From Prasinococcaceae sp. CCMP 1430 (lineage: Eukaryota; Plantae; Prasinodermophyta), in assembly GCA_013416795.1 (NCBI GenBank), contig RQSC01000001.1, forward strand, positions 1,821-14,030: a stretch of DNA of 12,210 nucleotides, read 5' to 3'. The number at the start of each line of letters is the position of its first letter. Within the stretch, counting starts at the first letter, position 1. Positions 1-8,171 of this stretch are shown piece after piece. A program made the translations under genes and the position numbers. Below the pieces are notes generated by a model. The model was not told where the DNA came from. It saw only the letters and a program-made list of their open reading frames with translations, and searched no databases.

Positions 1-1
1 C

Positions 2-3000
2 GCACGCCGCCGTCGCGTCCAACGCACCCCCCGGCGCCGCAGCGGGCTCGCCGGCGGCAGACTCGCGCGCGAGCGCGGCGGCGAGCGCGCGGGTGCACAG
101 CGCCTGGACGAGCGCCTCCTCCGCGTGTCGGTTGTCCACCTCGCGGTCGAACAGCCGAGACGAAGCGCACGCCTGCAAGTCGCCCTCGCCGCCCGCGCCA
201 TCCGCGCCGCCCTCGCCCTTGAGGGCGGCCACCACGAACGCGAGCGTCGACGGCTCCGCGCAGCCGCCCACGGCGCCGTCGGGAGCCATCGCCACGCGCA
301 GGGCCTCGTCGGACTGCGAGCGCGCGTGGACGCGCGCACCGGAGCGGGCAACGGCGCCATGGCCGCCGGCGCCGTCGCCGCCGCCGCCGCGCACGCCGAG
401 CGCCCCCATCACCGCGCGCGAGGCCGCCTCGCGAACGTCGGGGTCCTCGTCCTCGAGCGCGCGCACACTCACCAGCCACGTCGCCTCCCTCGCCGCGCTC
501 GCCGCGCTCGCCCCTGCCCCCTCCCTCGCCTCCCTCGCCGCGCTGAGCAGCCCCGCGAGGCCGATCGCCTCCGCCGCCGCGAGCCTTTCGGGATCCGTGC
601 GCGTGGGCTCCGAGGAGCGTCGAAGGATGGCGGGCCACGCGGCGAGCGCCTCGGCACGCTGCGCGCACCCGGCGGGCGCCGCCGCGAGCGCCGCGGCGAA
701 GCACGTGAGGGCCGCGTTGCGAACGCGCTCGTGCGGCGAGCCGGTCGCGAGGGCCATGGCTACCGGCAGGGCGCGCGCGGCCACCTCGGCGCGCGCGCGA
801 GCCTCCGTGTCGCCCTGATGGTCGCCCTGCTTGTCGCCCGCCTGCCCCTCTGAGCCGTGGCCCACCAGCCACCTCTGCACGATGACGAGCGCGCGGCGGC
901 TGCACTGATGCCACGGCTCGCCGGCCAGCCCGTCGACGAGGCCCGCGCAAAGCTCGTGCCATCGCGCCCCGCAGAGGTCGCGCCCGTGCGCCCGCGCCAG
1001 CAGCTTTCGCGCGCTCGCGCGCGCGTCGTGGGAGCGCGCGGACGCAGCGCACGCACAGAGGTCCGCGGAGGCGGCCTCGTCCCCCGAACGGAGCGCGGCC
1101 CACGCCAGCGCGGCGGCCGCCTCGCGCTGGTACACTGCGTCGCCGCCGACAGCGCGCTCGACGCCGGGGGCGCGCACGGCCGCCGAAGCGGCGCTTGCGA
1201 CCACCCGGAGCGCCCTCGCCGCAACGCGCGGCCCCTCGCCGCCCGGGCCATCGCCCTCGGCAGCGGCGCGCGCCATCCTCAGGGCGGCGCGCGCTGCGAC
1301 CATCCAGCTCGCACCGGCCCAGCCGCTGATGGGCAGCGACGGCTCGGCGACCCAAGCGCAGGCCTCCAGCCCGTCCCACACGACGCGGGCGAGCGCCACG
1401 CGCGATGCCGAGGCCTGCGTCGCCCCGAGCCGCTGGTGCTGGTGCTGGTGCTGGTGCTGGTGCTGGTGCCGCTGCGAAAGATCACCTGCACCTGCTGCCT
1501 GCACCTCCTGGAGCGCCTCGACGAGGCTCGTGAGCTGAAGCAGCGCGCCGTGCACGCTGTTCGCTGGCACCGCGCGCCTGCGCCCTGGCGCCGACGCGGT
1601 CGCAAGCCACGCGGCGACGCGCTCGACCGCGCGGGGCAGCTCGCCGCCCGGCAGCAGCGGCGGCAGCGCGCGCGCGGCGAGCTGGCGCACTCGCGCGTCC
1701 CGGCACACGCACAGGCGCGCGACGAGGGGCGCGAGGCGTGCGGGCGACAGCTCGTTGTTCGCGTGCTCGCCCAGGCCCGACGCGCGCAGGCGCGTGAGCA
1801 GCATCAGGCACGGCCCGAGCGCGGGATGGATGGCACCGGTGGGCGCGGGCAGCGCGTGGGCGTTCGCCTCGCGCGACGCGCGCGACGTGGCGTCGACGGC
1901 GTCCGCCAGCTGCGCGCGCATGGCCGCGTGCAGGGGCGCGTGGCGCTGGAAGAACTCGAATCCGGTGAGGGCCGCCTTGGCGCTGCGGGCGGGCGGCGCG
2001 CCCTCGGCCGCGTGCACGTTCGCGAAGCCCACCATTCGGCGCGTGAGGAGCGCGAAGCACATACCCGCCGCGTTGCGGACCGCCCAGTGGCCGCTCGAGA
2101 ACGCGCCGAGCGCCGCCGCGGCAACGCGGGCGCAGCCGCCCGAGGCATCGACGGACAGCGTGCTGTCCTGGTATAGCACGCGCAGCACATTGAAGGCGTG
2201 GACGCGCGGCACCGCCGCCGCGTCCGCGCCGCCGCCGGTGTCCGTGGCACCGACCTCGGGCGCTTCGACCAGCGCGAGCAGCCCGTCACTCGCGAATGGC
2301 AGCAGCACCTTCGGCGCGCTCTCGGGCTCGGCGTGCATGAGCGCCATGAACGCGTGCGGGAGGCCCGCCGAGCGCCGCACCACATCGTCCATGGATTGCC
2401 CAGGTCGCGAGACGGCGCCGAGCAGCCGCTCCAGCCACGCGCGCGGCAGGCGAGCATGGGATGCGTCGGGCGAGCGCAGCATGCGCGCGCACAGCGCCTT
2501 GAAGCCAACGCCCGTCTTCTCCACCGCCCCGTTGTGCTTGACCGTCATGAGCGTGGTCATAAAGTGCTCGCCCAGCGACTCTAGCTGGCGCATGCTCAGG
2601 AGACCCGCGCCATGGTCGTCGGTGGACACGCCGTCCCGCACGCCATCGGACGCATCGATGGGTACCTCCATGGCCAGCGCCCCGAGCATGAGACTGACCT
2701 CTTTCATGGTGAGCCAGCACGCGACCATCATCACCTGGGGCGCGGACGCAAGGAGGGCGTCCCGAGATGCACGCGGGTCGCTCCGGTCGTTCTGCGGCTG
2801 CTGCCGCCGCAGGGTCGGCGGCCGTGCGGCGCCCGCAGCAGCAGCGCGGCTGCCGGCGAGCAGCGCCGCATCGAGTGCCGCATCGACATCCATCGCACCC
2901 GAATCGGCCTCGTCTGCCATGCCAATGGCCTCGAATCCAATGATGTTCGAGCAAACCGTGTCGCGTGCGAGCTCCGCGGCGGCGCCTGCGGTGGCAAGCG

Positions 3001-6000
3001 CTCGCTGGAGCACCAGGCGCAACCGCGGCACGCGTGCCTGCAGAGCAGCGCTGCGCCAGTCGAGCTCGCCGAACATGTATCGCAACGCCAGCAAAGGGCC
3101 GTGCAGGAGGGAGCGCCCCGCGGCAGCCCGCACGTCCGCACGCGCGAGCTCAAGCTCATGCTCACAAAACGACACGAGGCCCTCCACATGCAAACACACG
3201 GCATTGGCGACGCACGCGCGTCCATCATCGCCGACCACTCCTGGAGCGGTCACCATCGGCGTCGGATGCATTCGCATGTTCCAGCCGAGCACCGCGACGT
3301 ACTTGTACGCGAGCAGCGTGCACAGCAAGGCGCCCGCATCGCTCTCCCGCACGCGCGGGGACATGAGCAGCGAGCGCGCCCAAGCAAGAAGCGCGGTCAC
3401 CCGAGCAGGCGAATCAAAGCCGGGCAAAGGGCACGGCAGCCGCTGCAGCGCAGCGGCCGCGCGCTCGCGCAGCCTGTCCCAGCTGTCAACCACAGCTGAC
3501 AGCAGCATGGACACGAACGTCGCGTCGAGGGCAACGCCGCCGTCGTCAGGGCTGTCGTCGCCGCCATCGCCAGCGCGCCACGGAGAGAGGACGATCGCCA
3601 CAGGCGAATCTGCATTCGCGAGACTGCGCGCCCCGTTCGGCGCAACGCTTGCAGCTGAGGCGTGGCCGGCGTTGCTGCTCGTTGCGCTGTTCGCGCTGCC
3701 GCCATTGCTGCTGGCGCCCGCACCGTTGATCCTGTGGCTACCACCTCTCCCGCCGTTGCCCGTGACGGCGGCGCGCTGCCGCCTTGGCGCCCCAGCGCAC
3801 ACCAATGCGGGACCGAGCCCTGCGTCAACGGCTGTGCACGCGGCATCTGCCGCATCGACTCCCCCTGCATTCGGTGGTGCGGGCCATACCTCGAGCATGG
3901 CCAGCAGCATCTCCAACGCGAGGTGCCTGCGCTCGAAAGGCGCGCAGGGGTACGTGCTGCACATGAAAAGCCTCGCCATCCAGCGCAGGAAGTCGCTGCA
4001 TCGTGCGAGCGTCACATCCGTGTCCTCCTCCGGCCCGACGTGCTGCACGCGCGCATTGCAACGCCCACCTTTCTGCATTTTCCCAGAGGCCCTCTTGCGC
4101 GAGCGGACCGCGCCCTCGCGCGTCTCTGCCGTCGCTGTGCGCGCAACAGAGTCGCGCATCCGCCACATGAAGCGCCGCAGTGCGGCGACCAAGCGCGTGC
4201 GAAAGCTGCCGGTGCCAGCCCGCATGTTGAGCGGTATCGCGCAGCGTAGCAGCGCGAGCTCACCCTCGCTGGGGAGTGCGGTTGAACGCTCCGACACGCA
4301 TACGAGCTCCAGCATGTCTGCACGCACGCCGTCGCTCTCGTGTGCCACCGCCGCGCGCAGAACCCAGAAGGGGATGCGCAGGACCACCGAGTCCGCCACA
4401 ACGCTGCGCAGGTCGGGAGAGAGCATGCCGCACCTGCGCGAGGCGCACAGGATAGCCACGAGAGCGGGCACGAAGTCGAAGCCTGTGGATTGCGGCCTGA
4501 GGGTCGGGACGGTGGGCGCGCCGCCCTGTGCGGCGCATTCGTCGCCGGTCGATGCCCCAGCGCTTGCGTGGCGCCCATCGGTCTGGTCGTCTGCGCCACG
4601 CGTGTCTATGCCGCTGCTATGCAACACTCTCCTCGCCACCTCGAGCAAGATTCTTGGCTCCAGGCGAGCGACGGGGGGAAGCACGTACGTAGCCACGTTC
4701 TTGCGGAGCGCTCCCCCCCCGCGCTCACTCAGCAGCGCGCCCACGATGGGGTGGATCAGCGCCTCAGCCCACGACAGAGTAGGGAGCACCGCGCCCCCCT
4801 CTCCAATCGCATCGGCGTCTGCATCTGCGTCCTTTCGCATGCTGTCGGCGAGCTCCACCAGGAAGTGTGCGGCCGCAGCTGCAGCTGTGTCCTCGACGAG
4901 CGCACCCAGCGTGCTCGTCACCAACGGCGGGTCGATGCGCAGGAGCGCCCGTGCCCCGAGCAACGGCACCAGCGCGCTCAGAGGGGCGTACCGACCCTTG
5001 CGCTGTGCGCCCGCAGCGCAGAGTTCGCGCGCGGCGCTCTCCAGAAAATTGCGCAGGCCGCCCGTCGCGGCTCCGCCCGCCGCATCGTGCGCTCGCTTCG
5101 CGGCTACCAGGTTTGCAAATGTGGCGTGCGCCTGACGCATCGTCTGCGAGAGCGGGTCCTCCCAGTTTGCCCACACCGCACGCAGCACGCTCGCCTCAAG
5201 TTCGGCGGGAAGAAGAGTGCTCAAGCGTGCGCTCGCGTGCTTCGCCTCCCCATTCGCCTGTGCTGGCATCGAAGTCGCCGCCACAGCTTCGCCGTTCGAC
5301 TCGGCCCGAAGGTCGCTCGCGCCCGGCGCATCCACGGCATCTGCGACTTCGGCGTCGGACGAATCCACCGCCGCGCGCACCACGGCGGCCTCAGCGAGCC
5401 TCGCGAGGCGCTGCATGGAGGCTGCCACGGCGGACATCGCGTGAAAGTTCACGTGCGCGTCGCCGGCGGCGCCAACACGCACGAGCGAGGCGCGCAGAGC
5501 GACGCACCAAAGGACGGGCGCCGATCGCAAGCCCCTCGGAGCGTCGTAGGCGACCTCAGCCGCGAGCGCCGCGTCGGGAAGAATCGTGACGGCGCCGCGC
5601 AGGAAGCACAGCGCACCGAATGGGGAGAAGCTGCGCGCGGCCTCGTCGATCGACCCCTGCGGCAAGGCGGCCTCAGCGGGCAGGGGAGCCGAGGCGCCGT
5701 CGGCGCACGCGCGCGCCAGTGACGCCACGCCGCCGCCTTCGCCCGCTCGGCCGTCGCCTCCGCCGCCGCTCGTGGCTGGCGTCGACGCAGCCACGGCGGC
5801 ACACACGCGCAGGCCGAGCGCGGTGTCGTCAAGCGAAGTGGCGCCGCCGACGCCAGAGTCCTCGCGCGCCGGACCACTGCAGGGCGGGGCGTCCGTGCCA
5901 CTCGCGGCGGCGACGCCTAGACGGCACGCCGCGACCATTGCCACGCCAGCGGCGTGGTGCGCCTCGCGCGTGACGCAAGCCGCGTCGCTCTGCAGCACGT

Positions 6001-6652
6001 TGCACAAGCTGCTGACGATCTCCCTGCCGCTGGCGTTGAGCCGGGGCGGCGCCACGCCCTGCGGCGCGTCGAGGAAGGCCCTCGCGTTTCGCTGCAACAG
6101 CGGGACCGCGTTCTGCAGGGCGGCCTCGCACATCTCCGCGTCGCCGGCCGTCGACGAGCCGGCGGCGGCCCGCCTGAGCGTCCCACGAGCGATGCGCACC
6201 ATCGCACACACGGCAGCACCGGCGCACTCGCGCAGCGCGGCGTCGGCCATCGCCCCTGCCGTGCGCTCGCCGAGGCTGCCCACGCAGTGCACCAGCTCGG
6301 CGGCCGTCGCCGGCGAGGACACGCCTCCACGCTCGAGGGCATCCGTCCCCGCCTGCACGCCCGCGGCGAGCTCCAATGCTGCGGCCGCGCGGCACGGTTC
6401 GGGCATCGCGCTTGCCACCCTGATGCACTCGCGGTGGAGCGGCCGGCTCTCCGGGACGAGCATGAGCGCGCCGCAGAGGCGCGCACACTCGAGCGCGGCC
6501 GCGCCGCCGGCCTCGCCCTCCCCGCCGGCCCGGAGCGCCTCGCCTGCCACCCGCAGCGCACCCACCTGTTCGGCGCACGTCGGCATTTCCGCGATGGCCA
6601 CCAGCGCCTCCGCCGCGCGCATGGCGGCCTGCGCGCGCTGCTCCCCCTCGCC
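2..6652 (-). CDS. THADA: THADA / Trm732 family ARM-repeat protein (tRNA position-32 2'-O-methylation cofactor of Trm7/FTSJ1), with DUF2428 region; partial at both ends, about 2217 codons visible
   Basis: Manual scan found no stop in the minus frame whose triplets start at positions = 2 mod 3, from 6652 to 2. Translation contains THADA-type motifs: WEDPL, SPRVRESDAGAL, VVDSWDRLRE, CWLTMKE (2699-2719), KHNGAVEK (2516-2539), RRSAGLP (2357-2377), VHAFNVLR (2180-2203), WAVRNAAGMCF, LTGFEFF, LEDEDPDVREAA and RLFDREVDNRHAE. First Met after the N is at 6622 (MRAAEAL); the true start is not established. No intron is required by the reading frame. Confidence 0.93.
481..543. repeat. Degenerate 9-bp tandem repeat, 7 units (TCGCCGCGC / TCGCCTCCC variants), inside the THADA CDS
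   Basis: Units start at 481, 490, 499, 508, 517, 526 and 535; units 4 and 5 are degenerate. Encodes SAAREAREGAGASAASAAREA on the minus strand. Confidence 0.8.
1433..1468. repeat. Perfect hexanucleotide microsatellite (CTGGTG)6, encoding (His-Gln)6 in THADA
   Basis: Six exact copies at 1433-1468. The minus strand reads (CAC CAG)6 in the THADA frame: DLSQR-HQHQHQHQHQHQ-RLG. Confidence 0.97.
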
Positions 6653-6653
6653 N
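6653..6653. other. Single ambiguous base (N), probable scaffold join or gap of unknown true length
   Basis: The only N in the window. It lies exactly where THADA-type sequence ends and oxygenase-type sequence begins. Confidence 0.85.
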
Positions 6654-6884
6654 GTCGTGGCTATCGATGAACAGCGGCCATCCGGGATCGTCGTCGGGGT
6701 AGCCCAGCGTGACAGTCACACTGTACTGGGCCGCGGGGCGGTCCGAGTGCAGCTTGAGGTCAGTACCCTTGAGGTAGACGCGTCCCGCGCTGTACGCGTG
6801 CACCAGTTTCTTGCCGCACCACTCTTCGACCTTCGGGCGCACGTATTCCGCAAGGCTCTCGCTGAAGGGGTTGGAGTAGAACAT
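6654..6884 (-). CDS. Fragment (77 aa) of a 2OG-Fe(II) oxygenase superfamily protein; distal His/Arg half not present
   Basis: MFYSNPFSESLAEYVRPKVEEWCGKKLVHAYSAGRVYLKGTDLKLHSDRPAAQYSVTVTLGYPDDDPGWPLFIDSHD. HxD at H 6747-6749 and D 6741-6743. The pattern L.x.YS..R.Y..G..L..H.DR....SVT..LG....WP.FI matches my recollection of a phage/bacterial 2OG oxygenase family. About 84% of codons end in G/C (65 of 77), as expected of real coding sequence. It ends exactly at the N. Confidence 0.78.
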
Positions 6885-7210
6885 GAATGCCGTCCGGATG
6901 CTGACGCCGGACGGCGGCGGCAGGGCGGTGCGGGTCGCGCTGAGCGTCGCTGGCGGCGGCGCGCGCCTGCGCTTTGCGCCGGGGCAGTGGGTCGACCTCG
7001 TCGCGCCAGGCGCGCCCGAAGGCAGCGTCGGCGGCTACACCATTGCATCCACGCCCGCAGAGCTCGCGCGGACGGGAACGCTCGAGGTGCTCGTGCGGCG
7101 CTCGGCGCACCCGATGGCGTCGTGGATCAACGATTCGATGGCAGTAGGCGATGACGTGGCGCTGCGCGTCGGCGGCGCGATGGTGCTCACCGAGGCGCAC
7201 GCGCGCAAAG
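6883..7210 (+). CDS. OXNAD1: OXNAD1-like oxidoreductase (FNR/cytochrome b5 reductase fold), exon 1: FAD-binding domain; possibly 5'-truncated
   Basis: FAPGQWVDL...VGGYTIASTP...LEVLVRRSAHP.A.W...VALRVGG closely parallels OXNAD1 (FKAGQWVDF..VGGFSICSSP..IELAVK..HPPALW..VAVRVGG). Ends at donor AAG|GTGCGT (phase 1). An in-frame TAG at 6877-6879 lies just upstream of the ATG, so there is no contiguous N-terminal extension. Confidence 0.9.
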
Positions 7211-7325
7211 GTGCGTGAGCGAGCACGTGGGTGTGCTCGCACGCGTGCGTGCGAGCACAGGCGCGCCAGCGCCAAGGAGATCACGCCCACTGACGAGACA
7301 ACGATCCCGTCCAATCCCACTGTAG
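7211..7325 (+). other. Spliceosomal GT-AG intron (115 nt) in OXNAD1
   Basis: Donor GTGCGT at 7211, branch CTGAC at 7290-7294, acceptor TGTAG ending at 7325. Of the AGs tested downstream of the donor, this is the first that restores frame, joining ...HARK-G-ILAVAGGIG. Confidence 0.88.
7232..7259. repeat. Perfect 13-bp inverted repeat with 2-nt spacer inside the OXNAD1 intron
   Basis: TGTGCTCGCACGC (7232-7244), GT, GCGTGCGAGCACA (7247-7259). A further copy of GCGAGCAC lies at 7219-7226. Confidence 0.95.
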
Positions 7326-7831
7326 GCATTCTCGCCGTCGCGGGCGGCATCGGAATATCGCCCATCGCCGCGATGCTCGCCAACGCAGCCGAGTGCGCTA
7401 CTACGACTGCCGCAGGCGGCGACCAAGCTCTTCCGCGCGCCCCGGCGCCCGCACTCACGCTTCTGTATTCATGCCGCCGCGCGGCGGACTTCGCGCTCGT
7501 CGACAGACTGGAAAATGCCGCCGAGGCCGCCGAGGCCGCCGGCGGACGCCTGCGACTCGTCGCGCACGTCACTGGCGACCGAGGCGGTGACGGTGGCGAG
7601 CCCTCTCTCTCGAGGCGATGGGAGGTCCGCAGCGGCAGGGTGACGCCGCAGGCACTCCAAGAGGCGTTCGATGAGCTCGCGGCGCGGCTGCAAAGGCGCG
7701 GGAACACGACCGAGGGGGAGGGTCCCACGACCGTAGCGTGCGGACCGCCGGCTGCCACAGACGCCTGGGCGCGCGCGCTTGCCGAGCTGCGCCCAACGCC
7801 AACTGCCGTGCTCACCGAGCGGTGGTGGTGA
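7326..7831 (+). CDS. OXNAD1: OXNAD1-like oxidoreductase exon 2: NAD(P)-binding domain; spliced product 277 aa from ATG 6883
   Basis: AGGIGISP nucleotide-binding motif, TLLYSCR, GRVT, ACGPP and C-terminal ERWW-stop (OXNAD1 ends EKWW). Stop TGA at 7829-7831. Confidence 0.92.
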
Positions 7832-7863
7832 GCCGCGGCGACGCTCTCGACCACACTTGCGCT

Positions 7864-7900
7864 GTTGTACCATGTATATGTATTTATCTGTGTCAATAGA
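7864..7900. terminator. AT-rich island in the 152-bp gap between convergent stops; candidate 3'-end/polyadenylation signal region
   Basis: GTTGTACCATGTATATGTATTTATCTGTGTCAATAGA in a >70% GC context. Three TGTA on + (7866, 7873, 7879) and GATAAA on - (7883-7888). No canonical TGTAA or AATAAA. Confidence 0.55.
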
Positions 7901-7983
7901 CGATGTGCGGGCCTGCGCTGGACTCGGCCTGCCCGGCAGACACCTGCTATGGGCGCAGCTCCTGCTCGACCGCCGCGCGCTCG

Positions 7984-8171
7984 TCAGTCGTCGAGCGCCG
8001 CGAGGTTTGCGCTGCTTCCGCCGTTTGCCGCCGAGCGCGTCTCCGCCACGAGTGCGCGGTACATCCCGCCGGGCTTCTTCATGAGGTTTTGCGGCGTGTC
8101 GAACTCCGCGATGTTGCCGTCCGCAAGCACCATGACGCGATCAGAGTCGGCGATCGTGTTGAGGCGGTGCG
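7984..8171 (-). CDS. ABCC/MRP transporter, last exon (NBD2 H-loop and C-terminus)
   Basis: (A)HRLNTIADSDRVMVLADGNIAEFDTPQNLMKKPGGMYRALV is the canonical ABCC C-terminal end. Stop TGA at 7984-7986. Joins the upstream exon as TI-G|CG-HRL. Confidence 0.93.

Noticed and set aside
22-28. G|GTGCGT donor-like sequence on the minus strand near the left edge
   Set aside because: It reads naturally as Gly-Ala-Leu in frame, and any partner acceptor would be outside the window, so it cannot be supported.
3496-3723. Possible hidden intron in the THADA low-complexity loop (GTGCGG at 3723, CTGAC at 3549-3545, CAG at 3496)
   Set aside because: That acceptor would delete the MLLS residues of the conserved LLSAVVDSW block, and the frame is already open without splicing.
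1755-5135. 1126-aa plus-strand ORF (also 93-818, 857-2176, 4340-5722 and 5586-7154)
   Set aside because: Ser/Ala/Arg-rich with no recognisable motifs. These are antisense shadows of the GC-biased THADA gene; stops are rare in off-frames at this GC content.
5829-6653. Continuation of the 351-aa track ORF 5829-6884 beyond the N
   Set aside because: After the N the translation becomes Arg/Gly/Ala-rich nonsense, an off-frame reading of THADA. Only the first 77 codons look real.
6654-6884. Lower GC (62%) as evidence of foreign DNA
   Set aside because: Conserved parts of the ABCC gene have similar GC (about 63% at 11101-11160) and GC3 is host-like, so composition alone is uninformative.
7258-7260. 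CAG at 7258-7260 as the OXNAD1 acceptor (50-nt intron)
   Set aside because: It shifts frame and stops at 7323-7325, and lies upstream of the CTGAC branch motif. The TAG at 7325 restores the AGGIG motif.
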